A stretch of DNA of 64,000 nucleotides from Nitrospinaceae bacterium (lineage in GTDB: Bacteria; Nitrospinota; Nitrospinia; Nitrospinales; Nitrospinaceae), in assembly GCA_965223665.1 (NCBI GenBank), contig OZ245011.1:3744001-3808000 (forward strand), read 5' to 3'. How positions within the stretch are numbered: the stretch's first letter is position 1; every line of letters starts with the position of its first letter. The notes beneath the pieces are model-generated. The model saw nothing but the letters and a program-made list of their open reading frames with translations. It did not search any database and was not told the origin of the DNA. Positions 29,512 through 39,683 of the stretch are shown here, piece by piece. The position numbers and the translations under genes were made by a program.

Positions 29512-29826
29512 ATGTTTGCAGTGGTCAAAACTGGTGGTAAACAATACAAAGTATCTGAAGGCGATGTCATCCAAATTGAAAAATTGGAAGCTCAGGTGGG
29601 TGACTCGGTTACTTTGGATCAAGTTTTAATGATTGGCGATGAAGATAATGTTGATCTTGGTTCTCCTTTTCTAAGTGGTATTGCCGTGACGGGTGAGGTG
29701 TTAGACCAAACCAAAGGGAAAAAACTTATTGTTTTTAAAAAGAGACGGCGTAAAAATTATCGTAGAAAAAATGGGCATCGGCAGTTGTTGACTCGAGTAA
29801 AAATTACAGGAATTTCCAAAAATTAG
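29512..29826 (+). CDS. rplU: 50S ribosomal protein L21
   Basis: [14 protein letters not shown]...GHRQ. Confidence 0.98.
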   Translation: MFAVVKTGGKQYKVSEGDVIQIEKLEAQVGDSVTLDQVLMIGDEDNVDLGSPFLSGIAVTGEVLDQTKGKKLIVFKKRRRKNYRRKNGHRQLLTRVKITGISKN

Positions 29827-29834
29827 GTTTCTTT

Positions 29835-30092
29835 ATGGCACACAAAAAAGGACAAGGCAGTACTTCTAATGGCCGAGACAGTATTGGCAAGCGTTTAGGC
29901 GTTAAACGGTATGCGGGCCAAGTAGTAAAGGCAGGAGAGATCTTGGTACGTCAACGTGGTACTTCTATTCATCCCGGTGAAAATGTTGGATTGGGTAATG
30001 ACTACACAATTTTTTCTAAAATCCCTGGTGTTGTGAAGTTCGAGTGGTTGACCCGATCTAAGAAAAAAGTTAGCGTTTACCCCTCCAATTAG
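29835..30092 (+). CDS. rpmA: 50S ribosomal protein L27
   Basis: [22 protein letters not shown]. Confidence 0.98.
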   Translation: MAHKKGQGSTSNGRDSIGKRLGVKRYAGQVVKAGEILVRQRGTSIHPGENVGLGNDYTIFSKIPGVVKFEWLTRSKKKVSVYPSN

Positions 30093-30126
30093 ACGTTTTA
30101 ATTTCTCCAGGGTGTGAGCCCTCCTC

Positions 30127-31125
30127 ATGTTTGTTGATCAAGTCAAGATAATGGTGCATGCCGGAAATGGCGGTGACGGTTGTTGCAGCTTTAGGCGGGA
30201 AAAGTTTGTTCCTAAAGGAGGGCCTGACGGTGGAGACGGGGGCAAGGGTGGCGATATAGTTTTTGTGGCAGACCATAACCTTTCAACACTTCTCGATTTA
30301 CGTTACCAGCAACTTTATCGAGCCGACCACGGCCAACCAGGACAAGGTAGTTTAAAAACAGGCCGAAGTGGAAAAGATTTAATCATTCGCGTTCCTGTGG
30401 GAACCGTAATAAAAGATTACGAATCTGGCGAGCTTTTAGCAGATTTGGTTGAAGAGTTCCAGGAATTCATTTCTGCTTATGGTGGGGCCGGAGGATACGG
30501 CAATGATCATTTTAAGTCCTCAGTAAACCGAGCGCCCAGACGGGCGGATCCCGGGACACCAGGGGAACACAAAACCCTATTAGTTGAACTTAAACTATTA
30601 GCCGATGTTGCAATAATTGGTTATCCCAACGCTGGAAAATCCACTCTCATTTCAACAATTTCAAATGCAAAACCCAAAATAGCCGCGTATCCTTTTACAA
30701 CATTGGTTCCAAACTTAGGAATTGTCCGTGTGGATGAATATCAATCTTTTGTGGCGGCGGATATCCCTGGATTGATTGAAGGAGCCCATGAGGGAAAAGG
30801 TCTGGGAACTCGCTTTCTTAAACATACCGAAAGAACAAGGCTATTGGTGCATCTTATAGATTTTTCTATTGAAAATGATCGCGATCCAATTTCGGATTAT
30901 GAAACCATCCAAAATGAACTAAAAAACTTTAGTGGGGATTTGTATAAAAAACCTCAGATCCTAGTGGCCAGCAAAGTGGATCATCCCGAAGCGGAGGAAA
31001 AGTTGAAAGAATATTATGATAGCTTAAAAGAAATTAATCCCAACCTATTTATTATTTCTTCTATAACAAAAAAGGGGATCAAGGAATTAGTATTAGCAAT
31101 TTTTCAGCAACTCAAAAATGTTTGA
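30127..31125 (+). CDS. obgE: GTPase ObgE/CgtA
   Basis: Gly-rich Obg fold, GYPNAGKST, YPFTTL.PNLG, DIPGLIEGA; canonical rplU-rpmA-obg order. Confidence 0.97.
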   Translation: MFVDQVKIMVHAGNGGDGCCSFRREKFVPKGGPDGGDGGKGGDIVFVADHNLSTLLDLRYQQLYRADHGQPGQGSLKTGRSGKDLIIRVPVGTVIKDYESGELLADLVEEFQEFISAYGGAGGYGNDHFKSSVNRAPRRADPGTPGEHKTLLVELKLLADVAIIGYPNAGKSTLISTISNAKPKIAAYPFTTLVPNLGIVRVDEYQSFVAADIPGLIEGAHEGKGLGTRFLKHTERTRLLVHLIDFSIENDRDPISDYETIQNELKNFSGDLYKKPQILVASKVDHPEAEEKLKEYYDSLKEINPNLFIISSITKKGIKELVLAIFQQLKNV

Positions 31126-31189
31126 TATGAGTCCAAATCATTTTTTGAATTAGGAAATCAAACTCAAAAATTTTGATTATGAAACCAAA

Positions 31190-32431
31190 CTACCTTCCAA
31201 ATATTCCATCGAATAGAGATTTAACCCCTTCTTTAACACCGTCCTTAACTCCCTCAGTCATAGATTCCTCTGCCTGATCTGCTGCCGCATCTCCAATTCG
31301 TTCGGTTCCTTTTTCTAAACGACTGGCTTCTTCTTTTTCTTGCTCAGCTTTTGCTTTAGCATCCTGGGATCTTCTTGAATCATCTCTATAATCCCGGGGG
31401 TCACGGTCTCTATAATCTCTATCGCGGTAATCTCGGTCTCGGTAATCTCTTTCACGCTCTCTATATTGGTCACGCGCGTCTCGGTAATCTCGATCCCTTG
31501 AATCACGATAGTCCCTATCTCTAGGATCTCGAGGATCACGATCTCTATAATCTCGGTCACGTGAATCACGATAATCCCGATCCCGGTAATCTCTTTCGCG
31601 GTCTCTATACTGGTCGCGCGCGTCTCGGTAATCCCGATCTCTATAATCTCGTGGATCCCGGTCCCTATAATCTCCGTCGCGGAAATCTCGCTCGCGATTT
31701 TGATATTGTTCTCTTGCGTTACGTAAGTTATCCATATCTCTTCTGTCCGGCATATTGACAGGCTGAATTCTTGGGACATTAAACCGATTGGGATCAATAT
31801 GGGTTTCATTGACGGATTCCAATATCATCATATCTTCATATCTAAGAAGAGCTCCCCCTGGTCCGTTTTTTTCGTATCTTTTCATGAGATCACCCATGGT
31901 TTGACCAGGATGTCTTTGCCCCATGGATCCCCAGGACTGGGCGAAACGTGCTTGCGCTTTTTGAAGTGTCAATAGTCTGGAATCATTTGCAAACACAACT
32001 TCAGCAGATTCCTTTTCGCCATATCGGTTAGTGGTTGTAATTAAATAAACCTGTCCTATAATTCCTGCTATATTTTCTTCTCTACCCGTATTTTCAATTT
32101 TAGGTCTTTCTTCACGCCTCATTTGGTGTTGGTTACGATTAAGGAAACCACCGATACCAGACTGTTCAAACATTCGTCTCATTTCATCCATACTGGTAGC
32201 CACCCATTCGTTATTATCTCTAGATACAATATATCCTTTACCGGTGTTCATAAGGGCATAGCTATCTGATCCCATATTCATCCTAAAATTATTTTCATCG
32301 TGGTATTCCATAGAAACTGGCGGGCCATCTTTTATTTTCCATTTTCCCACTAAATCAGATGCATTTGGAGTAGTTAGCAAAATCAAAAAGGATAATGAAA
32401 CAGATACAAAAAATGACGATAAAAATTTCAT
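31190..32431 (-). CDS. Secreted protein, DUF4412-like N-domain plus long Arg/Asp/Tyr low-complexity tract
   Basis: GGAGG RBS and signal peptide MKFLSS..; TGREENIAGI.G..Y and I....F.VP (DUF4412-like); (D)YRDRD repeats; C-terminal ..KSLFDGIFG. Confidence 0.7.
   Translation of the reverse strand: MKFLSSFFVSVSLSFLILLTTPNASDLVGKWKIKDGPPVSMEYHDENNFRMNMGSDSYALMNTGKGYIVSRDNNEWVATSMDEMRRMFEQSGIGGFLNRNQHQMRREERPKIENTGREENIAGIIGQVYLITTTNRYGEKESAEVVFANDSRLLTLQKAQARFAQSWGSMGQRHPGQTMGDLMKRYEKNGPGGALLRYEDMMILESVNETHIDPNRFNVPRIQPVNMPDRRDMDNLRNAREQYQNRERDFRDGDYRDRDPRDYRDRDYRDARDQYRDRERDYRDRDYRDSRDRDYRDRDPRDPRDRDYRDSRDRDYRDARDQYRERERDYRDRDYRDRDYRDRDPRDYRDDSRRSQDAKAKAEQEKEEASRLEKGTERIGDAAADQAEESMTEGVKDGVKEGVKSLFDGIFGR
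31378..31718 (-). repeat. Degenerate coding tandem repeat (DYRDR / DPR units)
   Basis: About 110 codons of YRDRD, RDPRD and RDARDQYR units with diverged synonymous codons. Confidence 0.85.
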
Positions 32432-32685
32432 GTTTGAATTTCCTCCCAAAGAATCCTAAAGCTTTACAACCTAGGTTCTAGTTTTTTAGGTTATTATACT
32501 GTTTCAACTAACAATAACCAGTGGAAAAATGCGTATTCAATTTGAGGAAAGGGTTTTTCCTGTTCTCGGTAAATATTAATTAAAGAGTTTTTAAGTCCCA
32601 TAAATTCAATGGGTTTAAGGGAGCGGGTTAAGCTAAGAGTTTTTAAAGTTTATTAATAAAATCAAAATTAAGGGAGAAGAGGGGA

Positions 32686-35235
32686 TTATTGAATTGCAAA
32701 ATCTTTAAATTTTGTTTTTTTTACTTTTCCACCTCTGATGGATTTGTTCATAGAGGCGACTAATCGTTTTTGTAATTTTTCTTTAAAATATAAAATGTCA
32801 TTGTAAAACTTTCGCTCAAGAAATTTTTCGACGGTTGTAATCATTATCTTTTCATAAACGGGTAAGGCTTCACGAACTAAATCAGCTGTTTCGGGAGAGC
32901 TTAATTCTACTTCCAAAGTAAAGCTTAATACTCTGATGTCGGTTTGATTATAAGCTATGGGCATGATTGTATTTAGGGTAACAAAAGTTGAAGAAGCATT
33001 AATAGCTTCTCTAAGACTTTTGTCCTCCTTAGCGGCTTCGGTTTCAGAGGTTTCTGCTTGAGATAAAATTTTTGACTCACCTAATTCCTGAAGTAATGCT
33101 TCCTCCACAGAGTTTTCATTTTGGGTTGAAGGTTCACTATCTTTTGGAGAGACCTCATCCTCCGGTTTCATTTTTGCCATTTCCTCCTTTGAAGGTTGAA
33201 TGGCTTCTTCCAAAGATAGAACATCCTCTCCCTCCTCCAATTCTAATAAATCGGAGGGAACTTCTTTAGGAGAAAGCTCTTCTGGGATCTCAATTTCTTT
33301 CTTATCTATTTCTGCAAGCTCATCTGGAACAAAAGTTTTGTATGCAAAGTAACCACTTCCAGCGATTAGCAAAAAACCGCCTAAAACGCCAGCCAATATC
33401 ATGTCTCCTTTTTTTCCATGTGGAATTTCAAAAGGCCCTATTTTTCTTTTCTTGGGTTTAAATTCAAACTCATCATCATCCCCCTCGTATTCTGCAAATG
33501 CTTCTGGGGGTAATTCTTTTTCAGATTCTTCCGAGGGCAAGTTAGAATTGTCTAAGTCTACATTTGCTGAGTCAGCCAAAGCTTGGATTTCTTCATCCCC
33601 CTCTCCAAATGCTTCGTCCCACATTTCATCATCTTTTTTATCAGATTGCTCGGTGGATTTTGGAGAAGGTGTTTCTTCAGGGGTTTCTGAGTCGGTTTCA
33701 TTTGATTGGGATTGCTCTGCTTCCGTGGCATCCTGATCAGCGAAGGCTTGGGCCCAGAGATCTTCATCGCTGGGTTCTTCAGTACTGGATGGTTCTGTGC
33801 TGGCAGGGGTGTCTTCACTAGCGGTTGAGGGCTCCCCGGATTCAACTGTTGAGGCCTCTCCGCTCTCCGCCTGTTGGGCTTCCGTGGCGTCCTGGTCGGC
33901 GAAGGCTTGGGCCCAGAGATCTTCGTCGCTGGGTTCTTCAGCACTGGATGGTTCTGTGCTGGCAGGTGTGTCCTCACTAGTGGTTGAGGGATCCTCGGAT
34001 TCAACTGTTGAGGCCTCTCCGCTCTCCGCCTGTTGTGCTTCTGTGGCATCCTGATCAGCAAAAGCTTCCGCCCAGAGATCTTCATCGCTGGGTTCTTCAG
34101 TACTGGATGGTTCTGTGCTGGCAGGTGTGTCCTCACTAGTGGTTGAGGGCTCCCCGGATTCAACTGTTGAGGCCTCTCCGCTCTCCGCCTGTTGGGCTTC
34201 CGTGGCGTCCTGATCAGCAAAAGCTTCCGCCCAGAGATCTTCTTCACTGGGTTCTTCAGTACTGGATGGTTCTGTGCTGGCAGGTGTGTCTTCACTAGCG
34301 GTTGAGGGATCCTCGGATTCAACTGTTGAGGCCTCTCCGCTCTCCGCCTGTTGTGCTTCTGTGGCATCCTGATCAGCAAAAGCTTCCGCCCAGAGATCTT
34401 CATCGCTGGGTTCTTCTTTGCTACTATCCTTAGAGGTTTCTATAGACTCATTTGTTGAAGAATCCTGATTTTTAGTACTAACTGATTCAGTTTCTTTTAG
34501 TGCTTCAGACTCCCCACTATTAGAATCTGAAGTTTCAGGGTCAGTATTTGATTTATTTTTTGGAATGTCTTCATTTTCTAACTCATGATCCTCACCATGG
34601 ATTTCTGAATTTTCTTCAGGTTGTTCTAAGCTTTCCTGGACCGCATCTTCCCAAATTTGATCCAGTGCTTCATCCTTTATTGAATTTGGGTCCGAAGATT
34701 GGTTTGATTCTGCAGGTAAATCAGTTTTTATTTCTGAGTCGTCTAAATTTTTGTTGATTTCGCCGGGTTTAAGTGAATCTCTACCTGAAGTTTCATTTAA
34801 AGGAGTAGGTTCATCTTCTTCTATTATTTTGTCTATAAGATTTTCCAGTTCAGGTGACTCATCGTTTTTCAATGAGTTTCCTTCAGTTGAAGATTCAGAA
34901 ATATTTTTTGCAGAATTTTCGGCTTCATCCTCCAATTCTTTATGTATTATTTCATCAAGAAAAGCCTCGATTTCTGGGTCCTTACCCAAAGACCCCTTAC
35001 TTTCGGGTTGACTTATACCTTCATCGAGGGATAATGAGTCTTCATTTACATCAACATCTGAGTTTGAAGAGGTAAATGTAGAGGTGACTTGAGAACCTAC
35101 TGGCTGTTCTACAATTTCAGGTTTAACAAGAAAGATGTTTAGGCACTTGGCACACTGGACATCTCTACCTGAATCGTCCAGATCGGGAAGATCGACTTTG
35201 TAAGCAGCCTGGCATTTTGGACAAATTATTTTCAT
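32686..35235 (-). CDS. Zinc-ribbon (MJ0042-type) + acidic repeat region + TM + C-terminal FliL-like domain
   Basis: N-terminal CPKC..VQCAKC..F; long acidic linker; one TM (MILAGVLGGFLLIAGSGYFAY); C-terminus LSFTLEVEL...KEKL...MN....GKVKKTKFKDFAIQ matches the FliL pattern. Confidence 0.78.
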   Translation of the reverse strand: MKIICPKCQAAYKVDLPDLDDSGRDVQCAKCLNIFLVKPEIVEQPVGSQVTSTFTSSNSDVDVNEDSLSLDEGISQPESKGSLGKDPEIEAFLDEIIHKELEDEAENSAKNISESSTEGNSLKNDESPELENLIDKIIEEDEPTPLNETSGRDSLKPGEINKNLDDSEIKTDLPAESNQSSDPNSIKDEALDQIWEDAVQESLEQPEENSEIHGEDHELENEDIPKNKSNTDPETSDSNSGESEALKETESVSTKNQDSSTNESIETSKDSSKEEPSDEDLWAEAFADQDATEAQQAESGEASTVESEDPSTASEDTPASTEPSSTEEPSEEDLWAEAFADQDATEAQQAESGEASTVESGEPSTTSEDTPASTEPSSTEEPSDEDLWAEAFADQDATEAQQAESGEASTVESEDPSTTSEDTPASTEPSSAEEPSDEDLWAQAFADQDATEAQQAESGEASTVESGEPSTASEDTPASTEPSSTEEPSDEDLWAQAFADQDATEAEQSQSNETDSETPEETPSPKSTEQSDKKDDEMWDEAFGEGDEEIQALADSANVDLDNSNLPSEESEKELPPEAFAEYEGDDDEFEFKPKKRKIGPFEIPHGKKGDMILAGVLGGFLLIAGSGYFAYKTFVPDELAEIDKKEIEIPEELSPKEVPSDLLELEEGEDVLSLEEAIQPSKEEMAKMKPEDEVSPKDSEPSTQNENSVEEALLQELGESKILSQAETSETEAAKEDKSLREAINASSTFVTLNTIMPIAYNQTDIRVLSFTLEVELSSPETADLVREALPVYEKIMITTVEKFLERKFYNDILYFKEKLQKRLVASMNKSIRGGKVKKTKFKDFAIQ
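33721..34416 (-). repeat. 159-bp (53-aa) tandem repeat, 4 full units plus a partial fifth
   Basis: EEPSDEDLWA(E/Q)AFADQDATEA recurs at ~33728, 33887, 34046, 34205 and 34364; near-identical DNA. Confidence 0.95.
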
Positions 35236-35513
35236 AACCTTTTTAATATAAAGGGCTTATACAAATATTATAGAAGTTTCTTTTTATTATTCAATAGGTT
35301 GTTGAAGGTGATTTAATTGTGAATAGAAAAAATGTTATTTTTTAGGAATTTGAAAACCAATAATTTGCCCTAAAAATATTTTTAAGAATTCGACTTTGTG
35401 GGTTTAAATTCAGTGGTTCTTATGGAATAATTCGTTGGAATTATTAAATTTACACCCAATAAACTAAGGGTAAATTTATTAAAGTTTTTGGTTTGCATAA
35501 TACAAGTTGAAAA

Positions 35514-36194
35514 ATGAAACTTTTTAAAAACCAAAATACATTATTTTCGTTTCTTGTAGCATTTGCGCTATTAGGGAATTTTTCTTGGAATCCTTCATAC
35601 ATAGAAGGAATTTCATATGACTCTAACGCTTTGTTGAAACTTGAGAAAAAAGTTTTTCAAAAAATTTCAGCCGATAAAAGGGACTTCCTTTTTGAGAAAG
35701 AACAGAGGACCCGTCTTCAGATTGTCAGAGTATTGTCTCATGTAATATCCAAATATCATACGGGTTTGGATAACCAAACAGTTAGAATGTTACCTAATTT
35801 GATATTAGAAGAAAGTGGGAAATATGGATACGACCCACTTTTTATAACCGCACTTATTATTACCGAAAGTTCCTTTAATAATTGGGCGCAGTCCAAGGTA
35901 GGGGCTTTAGGATTGATGCAAATTAAACCTCGAACAGCTTTTGCAGTTGCTAAAGAAAAATCAATGCGTTGGAGAGGAAAACCTTCTTTATTTCACCCTG
36001 AAACAAATATTGCAATTGGTAGCTATTATTTAAATAAGATGCATAAGAGATTTCAGGATATGGAATTAGCTTTGGAAGCTTATAACCATGGTCCCACCCA
36101 ATTAATGCGCTTTCTTCATAAGGGGAATCCTCCTTACAAATATTCTTCAAAAGTTTTTAGTATTTATGATGACTTAAAAAACCAAACAATTTAG
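35514..36194 (+). CDS. Lytic transglycosylase (SLT domain)
   Basis: ALIITESSFN..A.S.VGALGLMQI.P.TA, NIAIG..YL, ALEAYNHGP. Confidence 0.93.
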   Translation: MKLFKNQNTLFSFLVAFALLGNFSWNPSYIEGISYDSNALLKLEKKVFQKISADKRDFLFEKEQRTRLQIVRVLSHVISKYHTGLDNQTVRMLPNLILEESGKYGYDPLFITALIITESSFNNWAQSKVGALGLMQIKPRTAFAVAKEKSMRWRGKPSLFHPETNIAIGSYYLNKMHKRFQDMELALEAYNHGPTQLMRFLHKGNPPYKYSSKVFSIYDDLKNQTI

Positions 36195-36283
36195 AATTAT
36201 ATATTAAAATTTAAATTTCCCCCCTGAATCATCCATTGTAAATTTTTGTTTTTTTTATATATAAATGTTTATAATTAAAAAAT

Positions 36284-36727
36284 ATGGCGATTTCTAAAGT
36301 TCCCCTAATTTTGAAAGTTTATGGGTCAACTCAGGGAAAAAAAGTCCCATCATTTTCGAGTATAGTATTAAGAAATCTATTTATAGTATTTCTGAGTTTG
36401 AGCTTAGGGATAGGATGCTATACAAAAAAAATAGAAGAAGCCTTTGATGGAGACTTTTCGTCAAAAGAAAATAATCAAATCATCAATGATTATTGTAAAG
36501 GATGTCATATACATCGAGAATTTGAGCCCTCGGAGCATGTTAAAGAGGTGGCTAAGCAATACCGGAGGAAAGTTTTTCGTTTTACTTCTGAGTGCAGGAC
36601 TTGTCATTATTTAGAAAAGAAATTCTCTTTAAATGATTTTCTTCGTAAAACTCGGAGACCTAAAGAAGCGAATCAAGGGAAATTCCGAGAATTTGAAATA
36701 CAGGAATTAAGATCTAAAAAAAAGTAG
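36284..36727 (+). CDS. Putative di-heme c-type cytochrome lipoprotein
   Basis: Lipobox-like LGIGC; two CxxCH motifs (CKGCH, CRTCH). Confidence 0.62.
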   Translation: MAISKVPLILKVYGSTQGKKVPSFSSIVLRNLFIVFLSLSLGIGCYTKKIEEAFDGDFSSKENNQIINDYCKGCHIHREFEPSEHVKEVAKQYRRKVFRFTSECRTCHYLEKKFSLNDFLRKTRRPKEANQGKFREFEIQELRSKKK

Positions 36728-36821
36728 CAGGAGCTTAATCTGCTATTAGTCCCCCAATTAGAAAAGTTGAAAACTTTTCTAACAAAATGTCACACCCGTT
36801 AATTCTTTATTCGGTTTAATC

Positions 36822-38933
36822 TTGAAAACAATATTTCAATTTACAATTCTTTCATTTATTTTTTTATTTTGGAGTTTTACTTTTCCCCTCTCTTCAGCCT
36901 TCGCGCTTTCTCTAGGTCCGATGCAAGTCAAAAGTGCATTTGGAGACCCTTTCCATGCAGAAATAAAAATAGTGGTAAAAGATACGAATAACTTGGAAAT
37001 TTCTATAGGTGAAAGTCAGGATTATCAATTATTAGAAATTGATCGCCCAAGTGTTGTTGATCAATTGGCCGTTCAAATTCCCACCAAAATTGAAGGAGGA
37101 GTTTTTTATTTGAAGGTGTTTTCTAAGCGACCTTTTTTTTATCCTTCATTTAATTTGTTAATAAAGGTGACTCAAGGAGGAGGAACAATTTTTGAAAATT
37201 ATTTAGTCACGGTTGATTTTCGTCAAAGTGTTTCATTAAAACTAAAGGCGGATAAAGAATCATCTTCACCGGAAGAGGCTTCTACCCTTCAGCAAGGGAA
37301 AAAAGAAATGATTGTCCCTTCGAATGAGAGCGTGGGGATGGGGGTTGAAAAACCAATAACCCAAAAACGAAAAGCCAGGGTAAAAGAAGCTGGTATCCAT
37401 CCCACGCCTCTTATTGTCCGTGAATTGCCTGAAATAAAATATCCTAAAAGTTTTCCGAAGAAAGTCATTGAAGATTTGGAACCTCCCATGACTTCGGCTC
37501 AACTTTTAGACAAGCCAACGAAAACTTTATCCTCCAAAATTAAACGATCAAGAATTAAACATAAGGACCAAAGCTCAGAAGTCCGTAAGACTGAAATTAA
37601 AGAAAAAATAAATCAGAACTCTAAGGAAATTTCCAAAAAAAATGAAATAGATACCAACGCTTTTTCAAAAAAACAACGAGGGTTAATTGAAACTCTAAAT
37701 TCGAATCAAAGTTATGGGCCAATAAAAAAAGGAGAAAGCCTTATTGCAATTGCAAGAAACCTTCTAACTGAATCCTCGAATGCAACTAAGGTGGCAGCCG
37801 CTTTATGGATGGACAACCAGGAACAATTTATTAATAACAATATCCATGGTTTGAAAAGTGGGGCAAAACTTTCTCTTAAAAACTTAAAGAATCGTATTGA
37901 GGACATTACTTTTTCTAAAGCTAAATGGATTATTAAAAACCATTGGCAAGAATGGAAATTGATAAATGAAAGGAAAAGAAATTCTGTTGAAAAAGTAATG
38001 GCACCCCTTATAAATGAATTGTTAATTCCTCAAGAAAATCCTGAAAAAAAATTAGCAATACACGAAGTCCTGGAAAATTGGAGAAATAGCTGGGAAAAAG
38101 GGGACTTGAAAAAACATTTAAGCTTTTTCTCAAAGAAACCCAGGAACTCGATAGAAAAAATAAATAAAGATTTTGAATATTATAGTCGGTTTAAAAAAAT
38201 GATGTTTCGTCGACATAAAAATGTGCGAATACTAATTCATCAACCTAAAATTGTTATTTTGGATAATAAGGCTTTTGTCGGATTTCATCAAACCTTTGAC
38301 TCGGATTTAATAAAGAGCTTTGGCTGGAAATCTTTGGAGTTGATTGAGGAGGACCAAGAATGGAAAATTTTAAAAGAAAAGTTTTCTGTAAAAGAATTCT
38401 TTGATAGGACAAAGTTAGAAGAACAGAAGCCGGATGATTCTAAATTTATGCCTAATATGAACTCTCAGTTTCCCTATGTGATTCACGCTAGCACCAAAAT
38501 CGATAAATTAGATTCGACTCAATTGGTGAATCAACTTCGCGAATTAGGTTTTGCGGCTTACTCTGCGCCACTGTATGTCGGGCCTTCAAGAGAAATTTAT
38601 CGAGTTTTTGTGGGGAGATTCTCAGAAAAAGAGCATTCGGAGAAAGTATCGGCTGTGCTCCGAGACACAGGTTTGACACCTTTTGCGGTGGCATTAGAAA
38701 TTCCATATTCATTAGAAATTGGTGAATTTTTGGATGAGGAAAACGCTTTGGAAAAATCTAAAATGATACAGGGAAAAGGTTATTCATCTTTTTTATTTTC
38801 GTTGAAGGAATCTGGAAAAGAAGAGGCTAATGTCAAAGTTTTCTTAGGGGCATTTTTGAAAAAGGAAAATGCAATTAGGATGTCAAAAGAACTTACCGCA
38901 AATTCCATAGACTGGAATTTGGTGACTCCATAA
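36822..38933 (+). CDS. FimV-like N-terminus + LysM-like + NTF2-like + SPOR domain protein
   Basis: ALSLGPMQVKSAFGDPFHAEI (FimV N-terminus), YGPIKKGESLIAIA..N..AFI-like segment, W...W..GD...H..F/W.I..E (NTF2-like), YRVFVGRF and VFLGAF (SPOR). Confidence 0.75.
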   Translation: MKTIFQFTILSFIFLFWSFTFPLSSAFALSLGPMQVKSAFGDPFHAEIKIVVKDTNNLEISIGESQDYQLLEIDRPSVVDQLAVQIPTKIEGGVFYLKVFSKRPFFYPSFNLLIKVTQGGGTIFENYLVTVDFRQSVSLKLKADKESSSPEEASTLQQGKKEMIVPSNESVGMGVEKPITQKRKARVKEAGIHPTPLIVRELPEIKYPKSFPKKVIEDLEPPMTSAQLLDKPTKTLSSKIKRSRIKHKDQSSEVRKTEIKEKINQNSKEISKKNEIDTNAFSKKQRGLIETLNSNQSYGPIKKGESLIAIARNLLTESSNATKVAAALWMDNQEQFINNNIHGLKSGAKLSLKNLKNRIEDITFSKAKWIIKNHWQEWKLINERKRNSVEKVMAPLINELLIPQENPEKKLAIHEVLENWRNSWEKGDLKKHLSFFSKKPRNSIEKINKDFEYYSRFKKMMFRRHKNVRILIHQPKIVILDNKAFVGFHQTFDSDLIKSFGWKSLELIEEDQEWKILKEKFSVKEFFDRTKLEEQKPDDSKFMPNMNSQFPYVIHASTKIDKLDSTQLVNQLRELGFAAYSAPLYVGPSREIYRVFVGRFSEKEHSEKVSAVLRDTGLTPFAVALEIPYSLEIGEFLDEENALEKSKMIQGKGYSSFLFSLKESGKEEANVKVFLGAFLKKENAIRMSKELTANSIDWNLVTP

Positions 38934-38943
38934 GAATTCCGCG

Positions 38944-38975
38944 AAAAAAAAGCCCAGGTAAAAGTTACCTGGGCT
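38944..38975 (-). terminator. Rho-independent terminator of the HU gene (possibly bidirectional)
   Basis: AGCCCAGGTAA/TTACCTGGGCT 11-bp stem with a T-run on the minus strand, between convergent genes. Confidence 0.85.
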
Positions 38976-39017
38976 GAAATTCAATTCGATCTCTCAGCTC
39001 TCAATGGATAATTCGGG

Positions 39018-39296
39018 TTACAGCATACCTTTTAGGGTTGGAGCAGGCTTAAAGCCACAAGTCTTACTGGCTTTAATTTTAATTTCTTCACCGGTTTGAG
39101 GGTTTCTACCTTTGCGCGCCTTGCGTGTTCTTACAGTAAAGGTACCGAATCCCGGATAAGAAAAACGCTTGTCCTTTTTGATGGCCTTAGAAATTGATTC
39201 GAATGCTGCATCAATAACATCTCCAGCCAATCTCTTACTTAGGTTAGAATCTTTAACATTTTTTTGTACGGTGGCAATCAACTCGTCTTTAGTCAA
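39018..39296 (-). CDS. hup: HU family DNA-binding protein
   Basis: MTKDELI, GFGTF.V..R.AR.GRNPQTGEEI.I.A. Confidence 0.95.
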   Translation of the reverse strand: MTKDELIATVQKNVKDSNLSKRLAGDVIDAAFESISKAIKKDKRFSYPGFGTFTVRTRKARKGRNPQTGEEIKIKASKTCGFKPAPTLKGML

Positions 39297-39683
39297 TTAA
39301 CATCGCCTCCTTTCACAGGTGGGAAGTTTATAAGCGGGTGTAATTATAAAAAATGAGGGGTAAATGTCAATCAAAAAATCAAAGCGGTCATCTCTTTTTT
39401 CCCCAGCAAAATAAGGTGATTGAGGTGGTAGCACCTTGAAAATGCTTTATGTTAAAATCTCTTTATGAGTTTACCTTGTAGGGGTATTTTTCTAACCCCA
39501 AGGTTTGAGATTTTATAAAGTTAAAACGCAGATACTTAGAAATTAATTGAGAAAAAATATAAATTAATTTTTTATTTGAGAGCTCTAAAATTGATATATT
39601 TTTTTCGTTAATCAGTTAGAACTTTATGGAAGATTAATATTTTAAAATAAGAATTCTTTAAATAAAGCCAAGGGAGAAAGAAT

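Noticed and set aside
31315-31809. 164-aa Ile/Glu/Thr-rich ORF
   Set aside because: Alternative frame of the RDY tract; no independent start signal or homology cue
33558-34403. 281-aa alternative-frame ORF with repeats
   Set aside because: Frame-shifted shadow of the 159-bp repeat inside the zinc-ribbon/FliL gene; confined to the repeat
33721-34416. Possible CRISPR array
   Set aside because: Units are 159 bp, in-frame coding, with no unique spacers and no cas genes
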